Shown: piece after piece, positions 49,001 to 59,148 of the stretch
How positions within the stretch are numbered: position 1 is the first letter of the stretch
How the letters are laid out: every line of letters starts with the position of its first letter
DNA from: Promethearchaeati archaeon SRVP18_Atabeyarchaeia-1
GTDB taxonomy: Archaea > Asgardarchaeota > Atabeyarchaeia > Atabeyarchaeales > Atabeyarchaeaceae
Length of the DNA stretch: 64,000 nt
Assembly: GCA_037308085.1 (NCBI GenBank)
Contig: CP147779.1
Coordinates: forward strand, 768,001 to 832,000
Direction: 5' to 3'
Position numbers and translations under genes: made by a program
Notes under the pieces: generated by a model
Databases searched by the model: none
What the model saw: only the letters and a program-made list of their open reading frames with translations
Told to the model about the DNA's origin: nothing

Positions 49001-49273
49001 CTAAGGTTTCCGTTTCTTCTTTCCTCCGATACTTTCAGCTTTCTTTCCTTCGGATGGTGCCAATAGGGGATCTGTCCACATATGACTGTTCTTCGGGTCG
49101 TATACACGACCGCAAAGGACGTCCGTAACATCGACAGCCCTGAGGGCTTCCTCAAAGATCTTACGTTGCTCAGCTTCAGAGAGAACGGCGACCATGATCC
49201 CTAGTTTGTGAAAGAGTTCATTTCTTCTTGTTCTGAAAATCTCAACGGTCTTAGCTTCTTGCTTTGATAACAT
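49001..49273 (-). pseudogene. C-terminal fragment of a HEPN-like protein
   Basis: RNELFH (RxxxxH); its 5' end abuts the truncated iscB. Confidence 0.35.
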
Positions 49274-49275
49274 GC

Positions 49276-50313
49276 CAAGACGTCAAAAGAAAGATGGACA
49301 TGCGAAAAGAACTGCGTGATCGCCGCAGAGAGAGAAAGACGCGCTACAGAAAGCCACGATACAACAATAGAAGACGGCGGGAAGGATGGCTACCGCCAAC
49401 CATAGCCCAACGAGTCGAATCCATCACCCGAACAACAAAGGCCCTAAAGAAAATGACTCCGATCACAAGCGCAGTCGCCGAGATCGGCATGTTCGATACA
49501 CAAAGAATAACCAACCCGCAGATAGCAGGGGACGAATACCAGCGAGGACCAAGCTATGGCTTCAAAAACAAGAGACAAGCCACGCTAGCGTACTTCAAAT
49601 ACAGGTGCCAATACTGCGGAAAAACCAAACGGATAATGACCGTGGACCATGTCATACCCAAAGCAAAAGGCGGCACAGACGCATGGAGCAACTTAACCTG
49701 CGCCTGCAAGACATGTAACGACAACAAAGGAGACAGAACACCAGAAGAAGCAAATATGCCAAACCCCGAAACAGTGAGACTCGACACAAGCTTCCTCAAG
49801 TTCTGCGCCCTTACGCAATCAGGGAAAACCAGGCTCATCGAAGAACAACGGCAACTCACACCCACTCAAACGGTATACGGATGGCAAACCAAACAGAACA
49901 GAGAAACAGCAGGATTACCGAAGACCCACTATTATGACGCGCTCTGCACCAGGGACGTGACCAAGAAACCAATCAGACTGACAGACACCGTCCACGAGAT
50001 CAGGCTCAGGAGACGCAACACACGACGAACACACATCCCAAGTCCGAAGAAAGGAGGAGGAAGACAGCCCTACAACGAGAACAGGAGCCTCAGAGGATAC
50101 AGAAAAGGAGACCTAATACGAACACCGCACGGAATAGCATACATTAGAGGAATAGGAACACGGAAACGACTTAGCTACCGCACTATTCAAGGGCAAACGT
50201 CAGACATCATCCCAGAGAAAGTCAAACTAGTCGAAAGAACCAAAGGCATTCAGTTCTTCCCTTTGTCAAAACCTGAGAAACCTAGCGAAACCGAAATCAA
50301 TGAACATCGATGA
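49276..50313 (+). pseudogene. iscB: 5'-truncated IscB (lacks PLMP and RuvC-I)
   Basis: Starts at the bridge helix (DVKRKMDMR); EIGMFD, CQYC, HNH VDHVIPKAKGGTD...NL and HYYDA; close paralog of 25450-26786. Confidence 0.85.
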
Positions 50314-50325
50314 CAATGTCCGACT

Positions 50326-50607
50326 GTCAAAAACCCTCATCAGGTTTGAGACTAGGGTTAGTGATGTCCAATCAGGCGTTGGGCAAATGAACTACGTTCG
50401 GGAGATCAGCTCAAGTACCACCTGCAGATGCATGCTCTAGTCTGCAGCTCTGGGAGTCTGGGATGGACGAAAGCTCCCACCAAGCCCAGGGGGCTCAGAC
50501 CCGGGTGGCAACGCAAGGGCAACATCACTCAGACATGCGCTACTCCCAACATACCCGAAGGCCAACCTAACCCCACTGCCTGTCCCAACCGACAACAGTG
50601 GGAGACA
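50326..50607 (+). ncRNA. omega-RNA scaffold downstream of iscB
   Basis: GTCAAAAACC...GGTTTGAGAC-TAGGGTTAG, ACTACGTT, CTGCAGA-TGCATGCTCTAG-TCTGCAG and AACATACCCGAAGG; covaries with 26737-27020. Confidence 0.8.
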
Positions 50608-50801
50608 CTAGCCACCGACGCCCATTTGAGTTTGCCTGCAAAAAACCGCCTTCGGAGCCCATCAATCGATCCGAATTCTCCAATACGCTACACAAAGATA
50701 TAAGACAAAGTAAACGGAAAGTACTACGGTCGGACCTCGAATGGACTCGATGACCGCGTCCGACAAAGTTGATGTCTCTCTTATGAGAGGCAGGATGATG
50801 A

Positions 50802-51005
50802 CTTATAGTTACGCGGAGAGTCTCCGAGAGAGTCCGCCATCCCCAGATGGCTAGCGATGTCGTTGCTTTCTTTTAGAATGGAGAGGTGCCACAGTGGAGT
50901 TGCTCATTTGTTGTTTGAGCCTAGGGCGCGCACAAGTTTGGCGTTTCCCGAAAGGTGAAACGATATGAAAGCTTATAGTTAGTTGGAGAGCTCTCGAGAG
51001 AGTCC
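50802..51005. repeat. Imperfect 34-bp direct repeat pair (50802-50835, 50972-51005)
   Basis: CTTATAGTTAnnnGGAGAGnnnnCGAGAGAGTCC, 27/34 identical. Confidence 0.6.
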
Positions 51006-51103
51006 ATCGCTCTTCACAGTGCTTTGAGCGGTCGATAACTCCCAAAAATAGAAGAGATAGCAGGCTGGGGAAATCCGTTCAGGACATGTACGTCCCCAGT
51101 TCT

Positions 51104-51562
51104 CTACTTCTTGAGTCTTTCGACTACTTCTTTCTCCATCCACTTCTTAACTGCATTTCCCGTGATCAAGGTTTTCAGTTCCTCATCCAACTTCGAAGGT
51201 TGCACGACGAGAAGCCATCCCTCGCCATAAGGGTCGGTGTTAACCAGTGATGGCGCGCCTTTGATCTTGACGTTGACTTGGACTATTGTGCCAGATACTG
51301 GGGCCTTCAAGTCGCCCACCCACTTCCCCGATTCCAGTTTTCCGATGCTCTCGCCTTGACTTACAGCCTTCCCTTCTGGTCGGAGTCTTATGAACAGTAT
51401 CTTCCCTGCCGTAGCTTGGCCGAAATCGTCCAAGCCTACCTTCACGTTTTTCCCCTCAGCCTTCGCATATGTGTGGTCCTTGTGATAGTGGAGATTTGCT
51501 GGGAGCTTCACCGTAGCCTTCTCCCCATTCTTGTCGAAAGTAAAGCTATAAACCTCACTCAC
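51104..51562 (-). CDS. gcvH: Glycine cleavage H-like lipoyl carrier protein
   Basis: YHKDHTY, VGLDDF, ESGKWV, APVSG and VNTDPYGEGW. Confidence 0.88.
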   Translation of the reverse strand: MSEVYSFTFDKNGEKATVKLPANLHYHKDHTYAKAEGKNVKVGLDDFGQATAGKILFIRLRPEGKAVSQGESIGKLESGKWVGDLKAPVSGTIVQVNVKIKGAPSLVNTDPYGEGWLLVVQPSKLDEELKTLITGNAVKKWMEKEVVERLKK

Positions 51563-51851
51563 TGCTTCGCAACACTCTCCTCACGACGATTCAATTACAG
51601 AATTGCGCCATTATACTCGACGCAGTCAGATAATTCTTTGCTGTTCCTATGGTTCCTCACCTAATATAAACCAATGCGTTTCCGGCAAGGCGATCTTCCC
51701 TGAAAGAATGTCAACTGCAGGGCGGTCTTCTTGGTGAATCTTTATAAACCACATAACATTACTGTCTTGCCTATCAAATGGTAAAATATAAATGCATCTG
51801 GCAAGCGTAGTGAAGAGCGAAACGGAACGAAGCTGAACGGGAGGCTCCAAC

Positions 51852-52862
51852 TTGGCTATTGAGATCCTTTTCTACTTCCGCGACCTATTCCTACTATTTG
51901 TGTTTCCAGGAATTGTGTTCTGTATAGGCTATTCCTTGTTTCTTGAATGGATTTATAGGAAATTCTTTGCTGATCTTCAGAACAGGATCGGTCCCAAGTA
52001 CACTGGTCCTCGAGGTGTTCTGCAACCTCTTGCCGATTTTATAAAGTTAATGGCCAAGGAAGATATCGTTCCAAAAGGAGCTGATCATCTCGGTTTCACG
52101 GCCACGCCGATACTCATGTTGACGCTGTCTCTGACGGCTCTCCTTTTGGTTCCAATATCGGGTCTGACGGGCCTAATTAGTTTTCAAGGAGACCTGATAT
52201 TTGCCATATTCCTCATGACATTGATGGCTATCTCCATAGTTCTTGCAGGATGGTTCTCTGCGAACAGATTCAGCGAGACAGGGTCAGCTAGAGCAGGCAT
52301 GCAGCTAGTTGGGTATGAGATACCATTGACGCTGGCGTTGATCTCGCCGGCAATAATCGCTGGGCGCCTTGACATAGCTGGAATACTGTCGTATCAGACT
52401 ACCCATGTATGGCTGATTGAATATGCACCTCTTGCATTCGGAATATTCATGATCTGCCTCCTAGCAGAGTTGGAGAAACTCCCATTTGACATACCGGAAG
52501 CACACACCGAGATTGTTGCAGGGTGGCTGACCGAGTTCTCTGGCAAGAAGTACGCTTTCTTCCACCTCTCCAACGATTTGGAGATGCTTTTCGGCGCCGG
52601 ATTAGCCGTAGCCCTATTCCTAGGAGGACCAGCACCACCAGTAAGCATACTGGCATTCGGAGTGGGGCTTGAGTGGTTGACTTATTCCGTCTGGTTCATG
52701 TTCAAGACCTTCCTTCTCGTGCTGTTGTTCTCCGGTATAAGCGCGCTACTTGGAAGGTGGAGAATTGACCAGATGATAAGAGGGAGCTGGAGGTACTTGA
52801 TACCACTGTCCGTTGCACAGTTGGTTTTGATTGAATTGCTGATGATACTAAGATTCTTATGA
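51852..52862 (+). CDS. Complex I / group 4 hydrogenase subunit H (NuoH-like)
   Basis: QNRIGP, GVLQPLADFIKLMAKE, PFDIPEA..EIVAG..TEFSG and RWRIDQ. Confidence 0.92.
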   Translation: MAIEILFYFRDLFLLFVFPGIVFCIGYSLFLEWIYRKFFADLQNRIGPKYTGPRGVLQPLADFIKLMAKEDIVPKGADHLGFTATPILMLTLSLTALLLVPISGLTGLISFQGDLIFAIFLMTLMAISIVLAGWFSANRFSETGSARAGMQLVGYEIPLTLALISPAIIAGRLDIAGILSYQTTHVWLIEYAPLAFGIFMICLLAELEKLPFDIPEAHTEIVAGWLTEFSGKKYAFFHLSNDLEMLFGAGLAVALFLGGPAPPVSILAFGVGLEWLTYSVWFMFKTFLLVLLFSGISALLGRWRIDQMIRGSWRYLIPLSVAQLVLIELLMILRFL

Positions 52863-52898
52863 GTGTTTTACTAATGGTCTAGAAGGAGAAGACGTACA

Positions 52899-53252
52899 AT
52901 GCCTCGTCAAGTTCCAGGTAGAATCTTTCGGGAAGCAATACGTAAGAAGAGTCGGGCAACGATAATGTACCCCTTCGAGAAGCCAGAGGTCTTTGAAGGT
53001 GCAAGGGGTCTAATAGAGCACTTTATCGAGAAGTGTTCTGGATGCGGCCTATGCGCACGGGATTGCCCGGCGAAAGTAATTACCATGGTTGAAGACACCA
53101 GAACCAAAACTAAGAAGAAGCCTGAATTCCACTATGACAAGTGCACCTTCTGTTCTCAATGTGAGGAGAGTTGCCCGACAAAGGCGATAAAGCTCACAAC
53201 ACAGTATGAACTGGCGGGAACAGATCGCTCCAAGATGGTCATATCAACGTAG
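52899..53252 (+). CDS. NuoI-like 2[4Fe-4S] ferredoxin subunit
   Basis: TIMYPFE, CSGCGLCARDCP and CTFCSQCEESCP. Confidence 0.9.
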   Translation: MPRQVPGRIFREAIRKKSRATIMYPFEKPEVFEGARGLIEHFIEKCSGCGLCARDCPAKVITMVEDTRTKTKKKPEFHYDKCTFCSQCEESCPTKAIKLTTQYELAGTDRSKMVIST

Positions 53253-53479
53253 GGTGATTTTGACCCTTCCTTAAACTGCTTTTGTTTCGATTGACGGAAG
53301 GTTCACTAGTAGATAGCCAAAGAGCTTTAACTGGCAGTACTTTCACACTTGACATCGTCTTCAGCTCTACCAAGTTTGATTTCGAAAGCGATCGCAATAT
53401 ATTGGGTATCTTACTAACCGTAATCAACCCGGATCTTGAATCCGTTTCTGATCCTAGAAAGTGAAGTGAGGTCTCCGCG

Positions 53480-54268
53480 TTGAACATAATTGTCTGCATT
53501 AAGCAGGTTCCCGAGATAACACAAGTGAAACTTGACCCAGTTACACACAACCTTGTTCGCGAAGGCGTCCCATCTATAGTTAATCCCTTTGATGAGATTG
53601 CTCTTGAGGAAGCCCTCAGAATAAAGGAGAAACACGGCGGGCAAGTCACAGTAATAACAATGGGCCCACCACAAGCAAAAGACGCCATACTAAGATGCCT
53701 AGCCATGGGCGCAGACAAAGGAATAATCCTAACAGACCGCGCCTTCGCAGGAGCAGACACATGGGCCACTTCATTAACACTAGCAAAAGCCATCGAAAAA
53801 CTGGAATACGATCTCATCCTCTGCGGCAAGCAAGCAATCGACGGCGACACCGGACAAGTTGGCCCTGAGATTGCGGAGCATCTTGGTATTCCGATAATAC
53901 CTTACGTGAAGAACGTGGTGGTTGATCCTGGCCAGAAGAAGGTTACCGCTCATTCAGAGACGGATGTGGGGTACGATGCCATCGAATGTAAATTCCCAGT
54001 CATACTTACAGCTATAAAAGGTTTGAATGAACCTCGGTTGCCTTCTGTTCTAGGGATAATGTCTGCCAGGAAGAAAGAGATAAAGATGTGGGGTGTCGCA
54101 GATATAGGCGGGGATGCGGGGGTCTACGGTCTGAAAGGTTCTCCCACGCAAGTGGTGAAGGTAGCTACGCCAGAACCTAGAAGCAAAGGCAAGATGATAA
54201 ATGAGGAGGACCCAAAGGTCGCTGCCAAAAAGCTTGTTCAGGTGCTTACCGATGCTCATGTGCTGTAG
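53480..54268 (+). CDS. etfB: Electron transfer flavoprotein beta subunit
   Basis: VCIKQVP, NPFD, AGADTWAT, GKQAIDGDTGQVG and NEPRLP. Confidence 0.96.
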   Translation: MNIIVCIKQVPEITQVKLDPVTHNLVREGVPSIVNPFDEIALEEALRIKEKHGGQVTVITMGPPQAKDAILRCLAMGADKGIILTDRAFAGADTWATSLTLAKAIEKLEYDLILCGKQAIDGDTGQVGPEIAEHLGIPIIPYVKNVVVDPGQKKVTAHSETDVGYDAIECKFPVILTAIKGLNEPRLPSVLGIMSARKKEIKMWGVADIGGDAGVYGLKGSPTQVVKVATPEPRSKGKMINEEDPKVAAKKLVQVLTDAHVL

Positions 54269-54285
54269 TTTGGAGGTTATGGGAC

Positions 54286-55491
54286 GTGCCAGAGCTATTG
54301 AAAGTTGACAAGAACAGGTGCATTGGATGCAGTATCTGTGTTCAGGTCTGTCCTTTCAACGCTGCTAAGCTCGTTGACAAGAAGGCAGAGATGAATGAGA
54401 ACTGCACCCTGTGTGGCGCCTGTGAAAAAGCATGCCCCGAGCAGGCGATAAGTATTGAACGCAGAAAAGCTACTTCGCCAGAAGAGTTAGCGAAAAACAA
54501 AGGCGTGTGGGTTGTAGTTGAGCACAGCGACGGCGAATTGAGACGCGTCGTGTTAGAGCTTCTGACGGAAGGCAAGAAACTCGCTGCAAAGTTGAAGGAG
54601 GAAGTCGCAGCGGTACTAATTGGCTATGAAGTGACTAACCTCGCCAAGACGCTGGCTGAATATGGTGCTGACAAAATCTATCTGGTGGAAAACGAACTTC
54701 TGGACAAGTACACCTCAGATGGCTACGTTCACGCCCTCGTCGGAGCCATCTCAAAACACAAACCTTCAATAGTTCTGATCGGGGCAACTCCAAGAGGTCG
54801 AGAACTTGCGCCAAGAGTTGCGGCAAGACTTGAAGTAGGACTGACAGCAGACTGCACCGGTCTCGATATTGATGACAAGGGTCAGCTACTCCAAATAAGG
54901 CCAGCTTTCGGCGGCAATATAATGGCCACCATTCTCTCCCCCTACACCAGACCACAAATGGCAACTGTGAGACCCAATGTCATGAAAGTGGGGGAAAGCG
55001 ATGGGAAGAGAGAACCAAGCATCGTGAAGGTGGAAGTAAACATTAGCCCAAGAACTGTGCGGACCAGACTTGGCCAATCAGTCAAAGAGGTAACTGGAGC
55101 AGTTAAGATTGAAGAGGCGAACGTCGTAGTGTCTGCCGGTAGGGGTATTGGATCGCGCGATAACCTGAAAATAGTGGAGGAACTAGCATCAGTTCTAAAT
55201 GGAGCTGTCGGTGGCTCAAGGGCGATAGTTGACGTGGGCTACTTACCTCACCACCAACAGGTCGGCCAGTCAGGCAAAACAGTCTCGCCACGCCTCTACA
55301 TAGCAATTGGCATATCAGGCGCAATACAGCACCTCATAGGTATGCAGAGCTCCGACTTCATAGTGGCGATCAACACAGACCCAGAAGCGCCTATCCTCAA
55401 GATAGCCGACGTTGGAATCGTCGGAGACCTCTTCAAGGTGGTCCCCGCCATAATCGAGGAACTGAAGGCACTTAAAGAAGAGCAAAGGTAG
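54286..55491 (+). CDS. etfA: ETF alpha subunit with N-terminal ferredoxin domain
   Basis: Two CxxCxxCxxxCP motifs, GLTADCT, RPAFGG, QVGQSG and GISGAIQH. Confidence 0.96.
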   Translation: MPELLKVDKNRCIGCSICVQVCPFNAAKLVDKKAEMNENCTLCGACEKACPEQAISIERRKATSPEELAKNKGVWVVVEHSDGELRRVVLELLTEGKKLAAKLKEEVAAVLIGYEVTNLAKTLAEYGADKIYLVENELLDKYTSDGYVHALVGAISKHKPSIVLIGATPRGRELAPRVAARLEVGLTADCTGLDIDDKGQLLQIRPAFGGNIMATILSPYTRPQMATVRPNVMKVGESDGKREPSIVKVEVNISPRTVRTRLGQSVKEVTGAVKIEEANVVVSAGRGIGSRDNLKIVEELASVLNGAVGGSRAIVDVGYLPHHQQVGQSGKTVSPRLYIAIGISGAIQHLIGMQSSDFIVAINTDPEAPILKIADVGIVGDLFKVVPAIIEELKALKEEQR

Positions 55492-55631
55492 ATTCGGCAA
55501 CTGGCGCGCAACCACCTTCGATCCGACCCCCACCTCATTTTCCCGCAAAAAACAAATACCTATCGGCATCAAGGTGACACCATATAGAGCAAATGGAGAG
55601 AAGAAGAAGAAGAAGAAAGGTTGTGGTTCAT

Positions 55632-56831
55632 TTGGATTTTGGTTTTACCGAAGAACAAGACATGCTGAGACAGACAGTCCGAGAATTTGGCGAGAAGAAA
55701 CTGCGCCCCAGACTAAAAGAAATCGAAGAAAGAAAGGAGATACCTCAAGACGTAATCAAGGGCATGGCTGACCTCGGACTATTCGGGATCAACCTGAAAA
55801 GCGACGTCGGAGGATCAGAACAAGACCTAACCTCCGCCGCAATAGTGGTAGAAGAGCTCGCCCGAGCAGACTTCACATGCGCCACCGCCGTATACTACCT
55901 TGTACAAGTTGGTTGGTCGATGATATTCGACAAGTATGGAACACAGCAGGCCAAAGCTGAGCTGCTTCCGAAGATGATCAGACAGGAGAACTTCTTCGGA
56001 ATTGCGACAACGGAGCCTGAGGGTGGTTCCGACTTAGCTGCAATGAGGACGACAATCAGCAAGAAAGGAAACAAGTGGGTGATAAATGGTGAGAAGGCAT
56101 ACATTAGTGGCGTAAGAGAAGCCATGAGACTAGGGGGAGGATATTTCGGGCTGGTCAAGTCAGATCCGAAGCTCGGACACAAAGGATTCACGTGCATAGT
56201 GCTCCCAATGGGAAAGAGCGTCAAAGGTCTGTCAACAACTCTATATGAGGATATGGGAAGGATGGGTCTCTCAACAGGTGGCTTCACGATGAAGGACGTC
56301 GAAGTCCCAGACTACTACGCAATAGGACAAGTCAATAATGGGTTCTACTTGGCAATGGAAGGGTTCAACGCGGCCCGCGTGCTTGTGGCAGCGGCGTGTT
56401 GCGGAGCAGGTCAAGGTCTCTTGGACTTTGGAATAGACTTCATAAAGACGAGAAAGGCGTTCGGTCAGCCACTGGCGAAGTTTCAGGGAATTCAATTCGA
56501 GCTGGCAGACAATTATGCGCAGCTTGACGCAGCAAGGCTCGTAACCTACCGGTCAGCTTGGATGGTCGACGAGTTCTACAAGAGCAAGAGATTCACATCA
56601 CTCCAATGCAGCAAAGCCGTCGCCGAAGCTAAACTCCTAGCCCCACTGATCGGATTCAAAGCAGCAAACGACGCAATGAGCTGGTTCGGGGCGTACGGGT
56701 ACACTAAGGAGGGCTTGATTGAGGCTGGAGTGAGAGGAATCAGATCATATTCCGTTGGCGCAGAAGGCGCTACGAACATCATGAGGATAATCATAGCTCG
56801 AGAAGTTCTTGGAAAGGAATTTACGAAGTAG
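55632..56831 (+). CDS. Acyl-CoA dehydrogenase
   Basis: ATTEPEGGSD, INGEKAYIS, RKAFGQPL..FQ, GAYGY and EGATNIMR. Confidence 0.95.
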   Translation: MDFGFTEEQDMLRQTVREFGEKKLRPRLKEIEERKEIPQDVIKGMADLGLFGINLKSDVGGSEQDLTSAAIVVEELARADFTCATAVYYLVQVGWSMIFDKYGTQQAKAELLPKMIRQENFFGIATTEPEGGSDLAAMRTTISKKGNKWVINGEKAYISGVREAMRLGGGYFGLVKSDPKLGHKGFTCIVLPMGKSVKGLSTTLYEDMGRMGLSTGGFTMKDVEVPDYYAIGQVNNGFYLAMEGFNAARVLVAAACCGAGQGLLDFGIDFIKTRKAFGQPLAKFQGIQFELADNYAQLDAARLVTYRSAWMVDEFYKSKRFTSLQCSKAVAEAKLLAPLIGFKAANDAMSWFGAYGYTKEGLIEAGVRGIRSYSVGAEGATNIMRIIIAREVLGKEFTK

Positions 56832-57115
56832 CTCGGCCTTCTGGTTGCTCCAGCCCCTTTCCTTTTTTGCAGTCATAAACCAAGTCCAAAGGTTTACGCT
56901 TATTGATGAATAAAGGCCATTATGCTTTGCGTTCTAATGGTTTGTGACAAATGAATTCTTATTCTGAGAAGCAAAGCTGGTCAAGGAAAATCATTCTGGT
57001 GATAAAGATAGTCTGACATAGAGGCAGGCGAGTGGGAAAGATCAAGGGTACGTTCACAAAAGGTCTAACTGAGTTCCCTTCTTGTTCTCAGATCTAATGT
57101 CTATTACTATGATCT

Positions 57116-58051
57116 TTATCTCGAGACTCTCTTTTGCTGGTAGTTCTTCTCTGGTCTAGGGATGCCAAGTCTATCACATTTCTTTGCCACCGTTCTATGA
57201 TCGACGTCATATCTAGCGGCGATTTGCCTGAGTGATGTTTTCTGCACTAGCATTCCCAGCTCATCGCATGTGATTCTCATCCATCGAGCATGATGTTGTT
57301 TCCAGATTCTTTTTCCTTCACTTGTTAGCACTTCACGGGATCTCCGTAATTTCTCGTCTTGTGTGCAAGGAAACCAAAGTAGCTTCCGGGGCATACTGTG
57401 TTTGTAATTTTTCCTCATCTGAATGAACAATTCTACGCCAAGAGATACGGAGTAGCTCATCGCCCTTATCTCATCTCCATGAGGTCTGCTCTCGATGCAG
57501 ATCTCTGACGTGTTGTATCTGCTCTTTATTTGTTCCAGAATTTTGTGGTTACTTGAGGTGATCTTGGTCGTATATTGTCTTCCATCGGCGTCGTAGTATC
57601 CTAATAGAAATGCCAATTCCAATCCTCTGTTAGCAAGTGTTGGCAACTCTGTTCTCTTAGTTTTCTTGAATAATACTCCATGGCTTAGCAGGTCGACACC
57701 CATTTTAAGGCATGCGAATCTGATGCCGACGAATTCCGCTCCAGTGCTTCTGTCGATGCCTCGCTTTTTTCTGCTTTTTTCGAGCCCCAAGCATTTGCAG
57801 AACATGTCAATAACAGATTCGTCTTGCCGGGAAAGTTTGAGTTGGATGAGTATTGAGCCATAATGGTCGCAGATGTGTCCGTCCCCATATAGAAATCCAA
57901 GCCAATAGGCTTTCTCTTTGGTATCGATCTTCTGAAAGTAGTTGGTCCTCAGATTCGGGTGAGCTGTGCGTATCTTCCACCTCTTATGCCATTTCTGCCA
58001 TCTCTCCGGCGAAGCATCGTCAGACATCTTAGGTTCCTCTTTCTCACCCAT
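57116..58051 (-). CDS. Free-standing LAGLIDADG endonuclease-like protein with C-terminal HTH (paralog of 15168-16175)
   Basis: HPNL..NYF.KIDTKEKAYWLGFLYGDG and LELAFLLGYYDADG shared with the paralog. Confidence 0.8.
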   Translation of the reverse strand: MGEKEEPKMSDDASPERWQKWHKRWKIRTAHPNLRTNYFQKIDTKEKAYWLGFLYGDGHICDHYGSILIQLKLSRQDESVIDMFCKCLGLEKSRKKRGIDRSTGAEFVGIRFACLKMGVDLLSHGVLFKKTKRTELPTLANRGLELAFLLGYYDADGRQYTTKITSSNHKILEQIKSRYNTSEICIESRPHGDEIRAMSYSVSLGVELFIQMRKNYKHSMPRKLLWFPCTQDEKLRRSREVLTSEGKRIWKQHHARWMRITCDELGMLVQKTSLRQIAARYDVDHRTVAKKCDRLGIPRPEKNYQQKRVSR

Positions 58052-58549
58052 GCCGAAATGTCCCCCCCTTTCTTCCATACAGATTATCACGGGATATTGT
58101 AACTACTCACCCTACTACAGCATTGAGAACAGTGGCCTCAACTAACTAGTTGCTCCTTTAGTGTTGTTCCCTGCTACCGCCATCAACTGATGGATGCCTG
58201 TGGATTTCAGGAGTGGGTCACTTGCCCGTCGCTTATGAGGCTTAAGAACGCCACGAATCATATTTGCACTAAAAAGGGGTTCATTGAATCGGTGGTCAGA
58301 GGAATTCGTTCCTGTTCATGGGCACCGAGGGTGCCCAGAATATCATGAGGAGAATAATCGCCTGGGAAGTCTTGGGTAACGAGTCCATCAAGTCAATCGT
58401 CATGGGGCTTTCGGTGGCGACCTTTCTCTCTTTATTCCTGATCTCTCTTGCTTGAGAAGAGAGATTTCGGCGAAAAATGAAAGCCAGACATTCCAAGACA
58501 GACAAAGAGAGAAAATGATCGGAATCCATTTCGGGTTCCGAAAGCTAGG

Positions 58550-58955
58550 CTTCTGGGTTGCCTTCGTCAAGACTTCGAGGAGTTCGAGGACCTGCATGTT
58601 GCTTCCCATTTGCTTCACACAATCTGAGAGATTCAGGTAGCAGAATGGGCATGAAGTGACTATGGCTAGGGCACCAGTTGCTTGGATCTCGACTATCGTT
58701 CTTTCGTAGTGTCTATTGCAAGTTCAGGATACTGACTCTTAACGCCACCGCCAGAACCGCAGCACCATGAATCTTCCTTGATGCGGTACATCTCTACGAA
58801 TTGTAGGCCTGGTATTGCTTTCAAGACGCGCCGGGGTTTCTCGTACCATTCCTGTTTTGCTTGGTCGGCTTTTCTTTAATCAATGAGCCAGTTGTTTGAT
58901 CCTTCAAGGATCTTCCTTTCGATTTGCTTGCCTATGTGTCTACCTAGTGGCTTGG
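58550..58955 (-). pseudogene. Degraded duplicate of the 3' part of the Fe-S oxidoreductase at 60681-61961
   Basis: Collinear with 60690-61085, including an identical 53-nt run (58772-58824 = 60901-60953); contains indels and a stop. Confidence 0.85.
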
Positions 58956-59148
58956 ATCATACCAGTCCGTTTCTTTGCCGGTAGGAACTACAGAAGTGGA
59001 ATAGATGCACACCAGCAGCCCTATCTGGTGAAGACTCTGCTACACATTCTAGTCTCTGTTGAGCCTATCGGATATGGTAGTATAAAGTGAACGAAAAGAT
59101 AGGTCTAAATACGCGAGTATTCTAGGACCAATAGGGGTCGATCTGATT

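Noticed and set aside
58190-58222. GGATGCCTGTGGATTTCAGGAGTGGGTCAC, resembling a decayed IS605 right end upstream of the second LAGLIDADG gene
   Set aside because: Too short and degenerate to support
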